NCBI GenBank assembly: GCA_041662545.1
Contig: JBAZSH010000005.1
Span: 1 to 53,869 of the forward strand
Source of the DNA: Minisyncoccota bacterium
Lineage (GTDB): Bacteria; Patescibacteriota; Minisyncoccia; Phycocordibacterales; DSPV01
Direction of reading: 5' to 3'
Length of the DNA stretch: 53,869 bases
Made by a program: the position numbers and the translations under genes. The notes under the pieces are model-generated. The model saw only the letters and a list, made by a program, of their open reading frames with translations, made no database searches and was not told the origin of the DNA. Within the stretch, counting starts at the first letter, position 1. Every line of letters starts with the position of its first letter. Below, piece by piece: positions 1 through 8,102 of the stretch.

Positions 1-135
1 AAACTCGTTAATACATCGCACCAACTTTTTTCTTTTTTAACGGGGTGAGTTCCCCGAAACCTCGCCACCCGAAGCGATTTACCGCGGATGCCAGCGGGTC
101 CAGATAAAATTATACCCCGTTCCGATGTGCCTCGG

Positions 136-176
136 AACAGAAAAAGAAAAGACCCCGCGTTCGGAAACGCGGGGTC
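136..176 (-). terminator. Rho-independent terminator after the 225-aa orphan gene
   Basis: 9-bp stem GACCCCGCG (151-159) / CGCGGGGTC (168-176) with an 8-nt loop. On the minus strand it is followed by TTTTCTTTTTCTGTTCC. It lies about 25 nt downstream of the stop at 202-204. Confidence 0.75.
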
Positions 177-201
177 AAGAAGTGTCCAAGGGACCAGAGG
201 G

Positions 202-879
202 TCAAAGGGTCCTGGGAAAGTTGCGGAGGAAAAACCGGTAAACGGCAAACCACCTGTGGCCGCGGCCAAGCGAGCGCTGGTAGACATCCCACTGCCCACC
301 ACCCCGATCCACAGCGACGACCGAGACGCTTCCGTCTTCGTTTTCCACAAAGAAGAAGTTGGCGTAGCCGTTGGTTAGAAGACCGACATCTTCACCGTTT
401 TCTTGGCGCTCAATGAGCGCTTCAATAGTGGGAAGAGTGGTGGTGTGGCCGTGTTCCTTGAGAAGTTTGGAGAGAGTGTTGATGTCTCCCTGGACTCCAA
501 GGATGTTTTCCACCATTTGTTTGAAGGTGGAGGCTTCCGTCAGCTCGCAGACCGCGAACTTGCTTTCCGGTTGGTCCGGTTGGACTTTGGGTAGATACCG
601 GTCCAGGTCACCATCGCGGTAGTAGTACCGCGATTGGTTGGTGAAGCAGTCAGTGGTGGGTTTGGCCCCGATGGCGGAAACCGGGATGGTTTTGAGTTGT
701 CGGAAGATGGTTTTGATCTTGACGACCAATTCCGCCAAACCTCGGGCGAGCAAAATAACTGACTTGAAGTTTTCGCCCGCGGAAAGCCAATCCACATCAG
801 TAGTAACGCCACTGTTCCGGTTGACTGCGAACTCCAGTTTTTGACCCGCACCTTGTGTTAATACGAACTCGCTGTTCAT
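202..879 (-). CDS. Hypothetical protein (225 aa), no family recognised; G+C-rich relative to the rest of the window
   Basis: Longest ORF in the region. AAGGA Shine-Dalgarno 8 nt upstream of the ATG, and its own terminator. Overlapping ORFs in other frames look like shadows. Confidence 0.6.
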   Translation of the reverse strand: MNSEFVLTQGAGQKLEFAVNRNSGVTTDVDWLSAGENFKSVILLARGLAELVVKIKTIFRQLKTIPVSAIGAKPTTDCFTNQSRYYYRDGDLDRYLPKVQPDQPESKFAVCELTEASTFKQMVENILGVQGDINTLSKLLKEHGHTTTLPTIEALIERQENGEDVGLLTNGYANFFFVENEDGSVSVVAVDRGGGQWDVYQRSLGRGHRWFAVYRFFLRNFPRTL

Positions 880-901
880 ACAGCTTGTCCTTTCTTTTGT
901 T

Positions 902-936
902 ATAGAGCTTGCTCAAACAAAGCGAGCTTGCTCTAT
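902..936. promoter_or_regulatory. Operator-like or leader-hairpin element: two copies of the palindromic GAGCTTGCTC
   Basis: ATAGAGCTTGCTC-N9-GAGCTTGCTCTAT, with the 10-mer at 905-914 and 924-933. It lies 23-57 nt upstream of the ATG at 879. Confidence 0.35.
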
Positions 937-1040
937 GGTTTATTGTTGCTGGACTCTTCGCCACAGCATTCAGCGGCCTATATTTCAAGCCCCTAAACGC
1001 TGTGGCAAATCTCACTTTTTTCAATTTTCAATCTGCTAAG

Positions 1041-1070
1041 ATGTTAGCATAAAACACCAGTGTTTGTCAA
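1041..1070 (-). promoter_or_regulatory. Sigma70-like promoter (TTGACA-N18-TAACAT with TGC extension)
   Basis: Minus-strand read: TTGACAAACACTGGTGTTTTATGCTAACAT. The -35 overlaps the polA stop codon. It would give a roughly 155-nt leader before the 225-aa ORF. Confidence 0.5.
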
Positions 1071-3439
1071 GCACAAAAATTTCTTATTGTACCCCAATTT
1101 TCACCAGTTGCCACTTCCACCACAATCGGCACTTCTTTGGTTTCTAAAAGCGGCAAAACATTTTCCATAATCTCCTTAATTTTCGGCGCGACTTCTTTGA
1201 CCAAATCATCCGCTATTTCATAGACCAATTCATCGTGCACTTGCAACAAAAGATAAACTTTTTCCGTCAATTTTTCCTTCCGTAAAAATTCCGCCACTCG
1301 CGTCATAGCAATTTTGATAATGTCTGATTCAGTTCCTTGAATCGGTGCATTAATCGCCATTCTTTCCGCCGCCGCCCGCACGAAAGGAATCTTTGAATTC
1401 AAACCTTCAAAATACCGCCGCCGGCCAAAATAGGTTTCGGTATAGCCAGTGCGGGCGGCGGCGGCTCGCGTCTCGTCCAAATATTTTGCCAAACCAGCAA
1501 AAGTTTTAAAATAATTTTCGTAAAACTTTTGCGCCTCTTTTCTGTCCGTGCCCAATTGTTGCCGCAAAGCATTTATCCCCATACCATACATTACGCCAAA
1601 ATTAATAACTTTCGCCCGCCGCCTCATTTCTTTATTCACTTCATCAAGCGACACATTGAAAACCTGCGAAGCGACAGCGGTGTGGACATCGGCGCCAGCT
1701 TTAAAAATTTCAATTAGTTTTTTATCGCCAGAAAGAAAAGCGGCAATGCGCAATTCTATCTGCGAATAATCAAAACTAACCAGTTGAAAATCTGCTGTGG
1801 CGACAAAACCTTCCCGAATTTCTCGGCCAATATCGGTTTTATTTGGAATGTTTTGAAGATTGGGTTCGCGCGAAGTCATCCGACCGGTTGTCGTTCCCGC
1901 TTGAATAAAGGTGGTGTGAAGCCGGCCATTTTTATCAATTAACATTGGTAACGGGTCAATGTAAGTGCCAAGTAATTTTGCTAATTCGCGATGTTCTAAA
2001 ACCAATGAGATAACCGGATGGGTGTCGGCCAATTTCAAAAGTTCCGATTCTTTAGTAGAAAAAGCTCCGGTCTTGGCGGTTTTTTTCTGATTTTTTACTT
2101 TTAGTCCCAATTTAACAAAAAGCACTTCGCCCAATTGCTTCGGCGAACTAACATTGAAATTTACACCGGCCAATTCCCAAATTTTCTTTTCTAATTCGGC
2201 CAATCGCTGGTGATATTTTTCCGATAATTTTTTAAAAATATCTTTGTCCAACAAAATTCCCCGCTCGTTCATTTTTTTTACCACCGGCAAAAGCGGCTGT
2301 TCAATTTCTTCAAAAACTTTAATTAGATTTTTTTTCTTTAATTCTTCAAGTAAAACCTGATGCGTTCCACTAATCTCCTCCGGCTTTGGGTCGGTCTTTG
2401 TGGAATCCAGCAACCAAGTCATAATTCCTAATTCCGTTTCTCCTGTAGTAGTCGGACTACCGTCAACTGATGGCGGTCTGACTGCCGTAGATTCCGTCGA
2501 GACTTTCGTCCCCATCATCTGCTCAAATCTCGCGCCAAGCGTCCGAAATTCTAATTCGCTAAAAATCTTTTTAACTTTTTCCAAATCAACCGCTTCGCGC
2601 CAACTCTGTTCCGGTAATTTAAAATCAATCGGTGCGTCGGTTCTAATGGTCGCTAAGGTCTTAGAAAACAACGCTTCTTCTTCGTTTTTTTTCAGCAATT
2701 CAATAATTCTCAGCTTAACTCCCGCTTGTTCAAATTGATTTTTGTCCTTCGCCAACTTTTCATAAATTTCTTCAATCGTCCCAAAATTCACGATTAAATT
2801 AGTTGCTGTTTTTTCGCCAATACCAGAAACACCAATAATGTTGTCTGATTGGTCGCCAGCTAAACCTTTGTAATCAGGCAAAAGTTTTGGCCCAAAACCA
2901 AACCGTTCAAAAACTTTTTTCTCGTTATACATAATCGTATCGGAAATTCCTTTGCGCAAAGTAAAAACTTTCACTTCATCGCCTGACACCAATTGCAGGG
3001 TGTCCATATCGCCCGAAGCGATTATTATCTCAACTCCACCACTTTCGACTTTTGACTTTTGACTTTTGACTTGTTCAACAATCGTGCCGAGAATGTCGTC
3101 GGCTTCAAAACCCGGGCAATCATAAATTGGAATATTGAAAGCAGTGAAAATTTCGCGCGAGCGTTTCAATTGGCTAATTAAATTACCTTCGGCTTTCGGT
3201 CGTTTAGCTTTATAACCTTCATAGGCAATGTGGCGACGGGTCGGCCCGGGCAAATCATAAGCGGCAACAAGATAGTCTGGTTTCAGATCAGCAATCAGTT
3301 TCATCAGCATCGTGGAAACTCCATATAGGCCACCAGTCGGCTCACCTTTACTGGTCGCGAAATCCGGCAGGGCGTGATAGGCGCGATGAATAATCGCGTG
3401 GGCGTCCAAAAGCACTAGTCGCTTTTTATTGTTTACCAT
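1067..3439 (-). CDS. polA: DNA polymerase I: 5' nuclease plus polymerase domains, with the 3'-5' exonuclease region largely missing
   Basis: N-terminal FEN-like region (LVLLDAHAIIHRAYHA), polymerase motifs (DYSQIELRI, QVHDELV). 790 aa, ends at TGA. Confidence 0.95.
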   Translation of the reverse strand: MVNNKKRLVLLDAHAIIHRAYHALPDFATSKGEPTGGLYGVSTMLMKLIADLKPDYLVAAYDLPGPTRRHIAYEGYKAKRPKAEGNLISQLKRSREIFTAFNIPIYDCPGFEADDILGTIVEQVKSQKSKVESGGVEIIIASGDMDTLQLVSGDEVKVFTLRKGISDTIMYNEKKVFERFGFGPKLLPDYKGLAGDQSDNIIGVSGIGEKTATNLIVNFGTIEEIYEKLAKDKNQFEQAGVKLRIIELLKKNEEEALFSKTLATIRTDAPIDFKLPEQSWREAVDLEKVKKIFSELEFRTLGARFEQMMGTKVSTESTAVRPPSVDGSPTTTGETELGIMTWLLDSTKTDPKPEEISGTHQVLLEELKKKNLIKVFEEIEQPLLPVVKKMNERGILLDKDIFKKLSEKYHQRLAELEKKIWELAGVNFNVSSPKQLGEVLFVKLGLKVKNQKKTAKTGAFSTKESELLKLADTHPVISLVLEHRELAKLLGTYIDPLPMLIDKNGRLHTTFIQAGTTTGRMTSREPNLQNIPNKTDIGREIREGFVATADFQLVSFDYSQIELRIAAFLSGDKKLIEIFKAGADVHTAVASQVFNVSLDEVNKEMRRRAKVINFGVMYGMGINALRQQLGTDRKEAQKFYENYFKTFAGLAKYLDETRAAAARTGYTETYFGRRRYFEGLNSKIPFVRAAAERMAINAPIQGTESDIIKIAMTRVAEFLRKEKLTEKVYLLLQVHDELVYEIADDLVKEVAPKIKEIMENVLPLLETKEVPIVVEVATGENWGTIRNFCA
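3047..3074. repeat. Heptanucleotide tandem repeat (GACTTTT)x3 plus one degenerate unit inside polA
   Basis: Perfect units at 3047-3053, 3054-3060 and 3061-3067, followed by GACTTGT. Encodes KSQKSKV in the inter-domain linker. Confidence 0.8.
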
Positions 3440-3882
3440 TACTCTATTTTACGATACTCTATCGCCCTTGTCGCTTCGTCAATAAAAGAAAATTTTATGG
3501 TTAAATAATCGGCCGGCAGGACTTCAGAAACATTTTCTGGCCATTCTAGAAAAATTAAATTACTGGGATTGGCGACAATTTCTTCAAAACCAAGTTTCGC
3601 CAGCTCTTGCCCGTTTTCTAAACGATAGGCGTCTATGTGGAAAAGAATTTTAAAATCCCCCTTTGGAAATTGGTATTTTTTAATTAAGACAAAAGTGGGG
3701 CTAGTGATATTTTCTTTGACACCAAGAGCGCGAGCCACACATTGAACAAAGGTAGTTTTGCCCGAACCCAATTCGCCTGAAAGAACAACCAAAGTCGCTT
3801 CGTCTTTTTTGGGCGCCAATTTACTTACAAAATCTTTGGCAAACTTTTCCGTCTCCGCCAAACTTTTGCTTAAAAATTTCAT
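3439..3882 (-). CDS. tsaE: tRNA t6A37 biosynthesis ATPase TsaE (YjeE)
   Basis: P-loop GELGSGKTTF, SPTF motif and HIDAYRL motif. 147 aa. Stop overlaps the polA start. Confidence 0.9.
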   Translation of the reverse strand: MKFLSKSLAETEKFAKDFVSKLAPKKDEATLVVLSGELGSGKTTFVQCVARALGVKENITSPTFVLIKKYQFPKGDFKILFHIDAYRLENGQELAKLGFEEIVANPSNLIFLEWPENVSEVLPADYLTIKFSFIDEATRAIEYRKIE

Positions 3883-3888
3883 AGTGCC

Positions 3889-3912
3889 ATTTTATCATAG
3901 CTATGATAAAAT
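3889..3912. promoter_or_regulatory. Palindromic divergent promoter giving two leaderless starts (tsaE and pilB)
   Basis: Perfect 20-bp palindrome TTTATCATAG|CTATGATAAA (3891-3910). Each strand reads TGATAAAAT-N6-ATG. Confidence 0.55.
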
Positions 3913-3918
3913 TTACCC

Positions 3919-5610
3919 ATGCCCATCCAATTTGACGAAGAAAAACAAAAACAGAAGCTAGACACTATGCGCCACAAGGAAGAAGAGGACTTGGCGCAAA
4001 CTTTGTCTACAAAATATGGTGTGCCTTACATTAACCTGTCTAGTGTTGCTGTATCCACTGACGCCCTCCGTTTGGTGGATGAAAAAACCGCCCGCGATTT
4101 AAAGGTCGCACCTTTTAGCTTAACTGGCAAAAAAGTAGCAATCGGCGCTCTCTCCCCTAACAAAGACGGTGTCTCCCAAATAATTCAAAAGTTAAAAAAC
4201 GACGACTATGAACCGGAACTTTATATTGTTTCCAACGACGGCTTAGAAAGGACTTGGGAGCGTTATAAAGATTTATCTTTCGCCAAAAGAACCGAGGCCG
4301 GTTCTTTGGAAATTTCCAGCGAGGAAGTGGCGAACCTGGCAAAAGAACTCATTACCATCAAAGATACTGCCGCCTTGATTAAAAAAACCATAGATGAAAA
4401 ACAGCGCCTGCGAGTGTCCCACATTATGGAAATTATTTTGGCCGGCGCTTTGGCGGCTGAATCATCAGATATTCACATTGAACCAGAAGAGTCTGATGTT
4501 AGAATGCGTTATCGTTTGGACGGCGTCTTGAATGATGTATTAAATTTTGACCACAAAACCTATAAACTACTTTTGTCGCGCATCAAATTACTTTCCGGTT
4601 TAAAACTTAATGTAAAAGCCGAAGCCCAAGACGGCCGGTTCAGCGTCAAAATCGGTGTTGAAATTGAAATCAGAACTTCCATCATTCCCGGCAATTACGG
4701 CGAATCAATCGTGATGCGGATATTGAATCCAAAAACCATCGCCGTACCCTTTGAAGAATTGGGTATGAATCAAAAACTTCGCGACACCATCTCTACCGAA
4801 CTAAACAAACCCAATGGCCTAATTCTAACCACCGGCCCTACCGGCTCCGGTAAAACGACCACTCTTTATGCCTTCCTAAAAAAAATCCACACCCCAACGG
4901 TAAAAATCATTACCATTGAAGACCCAATTGAATACCACTTGCAGGGTATTGTCCAAACTCAAACCGACAATCAGGAATATACTTTCGCCAACGGCTTGCG
5001 TTCGGCACTTCGCCAAGACCCAGATGTAATAATGGTCGGCGAAATTCGTGATAATGAAACAGCCGATATTGCCATCAATGCTTCTTTGACTGGTCACTTG
5101 GTTTTCTCCACCTTGCACACCAACGACGCCGCCGGCGCCTATCCGCGATTAATAGATATTGGTATTAACCCGAAAATTATCGGTTCAGCCGTCACCTTGA
5201 CCATGGCCCAACGATTGGTGCGCCGTCTCTGCCCTGTTTGTAAGAAAAAAGCACCACCCAAAGATACTGATAAAAAAATGATTGAAAAAATATTAAAAAC
5301 TCTGCCGCCCGGTGAATCAGCGCCAAAAGACTGGCAAACTTTTGAGCCAACCAGTTGCGCTAAATGTAACCATACCGGCTATAAAGGCCGTATTGGTATC
5401 TTTGAAGGCATCAAAACCAACGAGGCCATTGAAAAATTAATCAGTGAAAACCCCAGCGATCGCGAAATCCGCAAGATTGCCAAGCCCCAAGGCCTGTTAA
5501 CTATGCAGCAAGACGGCATTATTAAAGTTTTAGAGGGTATGACCTCATTGGATGAGCTCGTTCGAGTAGTTGACTTAGAACAAGACACGGAAAAAGAAAT
5601 CGTCAATTGA
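3919..5610 (+). CDS. pilB: GspE/PilB-family secretion or type IV pilus assembly ATPase
   Basis: Walker A GPTGSGKTTT, Asp box and Walker B (VIMVGEIRD), His box (TGHLVFSTLHTN), tetracysteine CPVC...CAKC. 563 aa. Confidence 0.9.
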   Translation: MPIQFDEEKQKQKLDTMRHKEEEDLAQTLSTKYGVPYINLSSVAVSTDALRLVDEKTARDLKVAPFSLTGKKVAIGALSPNKDGVSQIIQKLKNDDYEPELYIVSNDGLERTWERYKDLSFAKRTEAGSLEISSEEVANLAKELITIKDTAALIKKTIDEKQRLRVSHIMEIILAGALAAESSDIHIEPEESDVRMRYRLDGVLNDVLNFDHKTYKLLLSRIKLLSGLKLNVKAEAQDGRFSVKIGVEIEIRTSIIPGNYGESIVMRILNPKTIAVPFEELGMNQKLRDTISTELNKPNGLILTTGPTGSGKTTTLYAFLKKIHTPTVKIITIEDPIEYHLQGIVQTQTDNQEYTFANGLRSALRQDPDVIMVGEIRDNETADIAINASLTGHLVFSTLHTNDAAGAYPRLIDIGINPKIIGSAVTLTMAQRLVRRLCPVCKKKAPPKDTDKKMIEKILKTLPPGESAPKDWQTFEPTSCAKCNHTGYKGRIGIFEGIKTNEAIEKLISENPSDREIRKIAKPQGLLTMQQDGIIKVLEGMTSLDELVRVVDLEQDTEKEIVN

Positions 5611-5650
5611 CCGAAATCAAACTGCCGACTAATATCGGAAGAGAGTTCGT

Positions 5651-5805
5651 TGCCATGAATCTCTAAGCAATACTTCCGATGTAAACATCAGAAGTTAAAC
5701 GATTTTTATAAGGGATGTTTGAGAAAATACGCAAGCGCATAACAAAAACATCCTCTAAAAAGGTCAATCGGCCTGTGCGGCTTAATTGCTTAGAGATTGA
5801 TGGCA
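5651..5805. ncRNA. Candidate structured RNA, or MITE-like element with 21-bp terminal inverted repeats
   Basis: Outer stem 5651-5671 / 5785-5805 (20 of 21 bp). Inner hairpins at 5672-5695 and 5713-5753. The strand is unresolved. Confidence 0.3.
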
Positions 5806-5864
5806 AAGAAAAATCCCCTTTAGGGATTTAGGGACTGCCATAAGCCTAGCATAGTTTGTAATTT

Positions 5865-6854
5865 ATGTCAACAAAAGAAAAAAAATCGCCGGTGGCGGCT
5901 TTTGATGAAGGATTTCTGGATCAAACCCTCCGACCAGATAATTTCAACGATTATATCGGCCAAGAAAACATCAAAGACAACCTGCGCATCCTGTTGGAAG
6001 CTGCAGCCGAAAGAAGGCACCCACCCGAACACCTACTCTTTTATGGCCCACCAGGTTTGGGTAAAACCACCCTCGCTCATTTGATTGCTAAAGAGGCCAA
6101 TGCGTCGCTTAAAGTGACAGCCGGACCAGCTATTGAAAAAGTCGGTGACCTCGCTTCCATTTTAACCAACCTTTCACCGGGCGATGTTTTATTCATTGAT
6201 GAAATTCACCGATTGAGTAAGGCCATTGAAGAAGTACTTTACCCGGCAATGGAATCCGGCTCGCTTAACATCATTATTGGCAAAGGTCCATCGGCCCGAA
6301 CCATTCAATTGGAATTGCCGCCATTCACTTTAATCGCCGCCACCACTAAAATCGGTGGAGTTTCTTCACCACTGCGCTCGCGCTTTTCCGGAGGCGTTTT
6401 TAAATTGGAGTTTTATACTCACAAAGAAATTGAAAAAATTATCAACCGATCAGCTAAAATTTTGGCGACTGTAATTGACGCGGCCGCCGCCGAGGAAATC
6501 GCCCAGCGTAGTCGTTATACACCACGAACCGCCAATTACCTTCTGAAACGATGTCGTGACTTTGCCCAGGTTAAAAAAGAAAAATTAGAAATAGAAACCG
6601 TAAAAGGGGCACTGGAACTTCTGGGTATAGACGAGATGGGCTTAAATCAATCAGACCGAATGATCTTGAAGGCTATTGCCGAAAAATTTTCTGGCGGACC
6701 GGTCGGTCTGGGGACTCTAGCTGCCTCTTTGGGTGACGAGACTGGCACCATTGAGGAATACAACGAGCCCTACTTAATGCAAATTGGTTTTTTGGAACGA
6801 ACACCTAGGGGTAGATTAATTACGCAAAAAGGTAGACAACATATTAAAAAATAA
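5865..6854 (+). CDS. ruvB: Holliday junction branch migration helicase RuvB
   Basis: AAA+ Walker A GPPGLGKTT, Walker B FIDEIH, typical RuvB N- and C-terminal regions. 329 aa. Confidence 0.95.
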   Translation: MSTKEKKSPVAAFDEGFLDQTLRPDNFNDYIGQENIKDNLRILLEAAAERRHPPEHLLFYGPPGLGKTTLAHLIAKEANASLKVTAGPAIEKVGDLASILTNLSPGDVLFIDEIHRLSKAIEEVLYPAMESGSLNIIIGKGPSARTIQLELPPFTLIAATTKIGGVSSPLRSRFSGGVFKLEFYTHKEIEKIINRSAKILATVIDAAAAEEIAQRSRYTPRTANYLLKRCRDFAQVKKEKLEIETVKGALELLGIDEMGLNQSDRMILKAIAEKFSGGPVGLGTLAASLGDETGTIEEYNEPYLMQIGFLERTPRGRLITQKGRQHIKK

Positions 6855-6858
6855 AAAT

Positions 6859-7389
6859 ATGAGCGGTCATAATAAATGGTCCCAGATAAAAACCCAGAAA
6901 GCGAAAACTGACGCCTATAAGTCAAAAGTTTTTGGCAAATTTGCCAAATTGATTACCGTCGAAGCAAAAAAAGCTAAAGGTAATCTTAGTGATCCGGGCC
7001 TAAAGGCGGCGGTTGAAAAAGCCAAAGCGGCTAATATGCCCAGCGATAATATTGACCGGGCTATTAAGAAAGCCAGCGGTGACACCGGCACAACTATGGA
7101 AGAAATTATTTACGAAGCCTATGGACCCGGTGGTGTGGCGTTGATGATTAAGGCGTTGACCGACAATCGCAACAAGGCGGCTCAATTGGTTAAGCACATT
7201 TTAAGCGAACATGGCTTTGCCATAGCTGCGCCCGGCTCGGCTTCTTGGGCATTTACCAAAACTGCCGATGGATTAAAACCAACAACTACCGTTCCCATAT
7301 CTGAAGAGAATTTAAAAACTTTAGAAAAATTAGTTGAGGATTTAGAAAATTGTGAAGAAGTGCAGGAAGTTTTTACAAACGCTGAATGA
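6859..7389 (+). CDS. yebC: YebC/PmpR-family protein, short form (176 aa)
   Basis: N-terminus MSGHNKWSQIKTQKA is characteristic of the family. Shorter than the usual length of about 240 aa. Confidence 0.8.
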   Translation: MSGHNKWSQIKTQKAKTDAYKSKVFGKFAKLITVEAKKAKGNLSDPGLKAAVEKAKAANMPSDNIDRAIKKASGDTGTTMEEIIYEAYGPGGVALMIKALTDNRNKAAQLVKHILSEHGFAIAAPGSASWAFTKTADGLKPTTTVPISEENLKTLEKLVEDLENCEEVQEVFTNAE

Positions 7390-7889
7390 AAATTATTGCC
7401 ATAGATCCGGGCTATGAACGACTCGGTATAGCAATTCTGGAAAACACCGACAAGCCGGTGGTAATTTTTTCCTGTTGTTTCAAAACCTCAAAAACTTTGC
7501 CCCACCAAGAACGGTTGGCAGCGATCACCAAAGAAATAAAAAAAGTTATTAAAAAATATCAACCGGAAGAATTGGTAATAGAAAAACTCTTTTTCAATGT
7601 TAATCAAAAAACCGCTCTCAAGGTGGCCGAGGCGCGTGGCGTGATTTTGAACGCCGGCGCCGAAGCCAATCTCATCGTTGCTGAATATACACCCCTTCAA
7701 GTAAAAATCGCTGTTACTGGCTACGGTCGCGGCGACAAAAAACAAGTAATTGATATGGTAAAAAAACTGGCGGTATTTCCAAGCCCCACAAAATCGCAGG
7801 ACAATCGCCAAACAAGCGACGATGAAATGGACGCGGTGGCAATTGGTTTGACCCATTTAGCTTGTCGAAAAATTTCCCTTTCAAAATAA
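7386..7889 (+). CDS. ruvC: Crossover junction endodeoxyribonuclease RuvC
   Basis: MKIIAIDPGYERLGIAILE catalytic N-terminus. 4-nt overlap with yebC. 167 aa. Confidence 0.9.
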   Translation: MKIIAIDPGYERLGIAILENTDKPVVIFSCCFKTSKTLPHQERLAAITKEIKKVIKKYQPEELVIEKLFFNVNQKTALKVAEARGVILNAGAEANLIVAEYTPLQVKIAVTGYGRGDKKQVIDMVKKLAVFPSPTKSQDNRQTSDDEMDAVAIGLTHLACRKISLSK

Positions 7890-8000
7890 TTATCCACAGT
7901 TGGGCTTGCTGGCTATTGCGCGATTTTTTAAATCTGCTACAAATTAAACGCGGTGTGTAAAATTGCCGCGGTCGTTTAAAAAAAATAAACAATTTTTATC

Positions 8001-8102
8001 ATGAGCCCAGACGACATGGGTATTCCGCCCGGCGACGGGATGGGAATAGACGACGAAGAAGAAGCTGGTGAGCCAACAGTCAGTGATGAGGAGAGTTTTT
8101 AA
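8001..8102 (+). CDS. Possible small acidic peptide (33 aa, MSPDDMGIPPGDGMGIDDEEEAGEPTVSDEESF)
   Basis: ATG-to-TAA ORF I translated by hand. It is below the ORF-track cutoff and is followed directly by a strong terminator. Confidence 0.3.
   Translation: MSPDDMGIPPGDGMGIDDEEEAGEPTVSDEESF

Noticed and set aside
88-1024. Multiple overlapping track ORFs in the G+C-rich left edge (88-378, 110-292, 371-622, 403-594, 540-851, 638-844, 797-1024)
   Set aside because: They all overlap the longer 202-879 ORF in other frames or on the other strand. High G+C lowers stop-codon frequency and creates shadow ORFs. Only 202-879 has a Shine-Dalgarno, a promoter and a terminator in the right places.
6859-7389. 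The short YebC (176 aa, against the usual length of about 240 aa) as a pseudogene
   Set aside because: The ORF is intact and translationally coupled to ruvC by a 4-nt overlap. It shows no frameshift remnants downstream, so it is more likely a genuinely shortened form in a reduced genome.
7890-7898. Perfect DnaA box TTATCCACA immediately after ruvC
   Set aside because: It is a single isolated box with no AT-rich unwinding region or neighbouring boxes, and the dnaA/dnaN region is the better origin candidate. It is probably a chance occurrence or a minor titration site.
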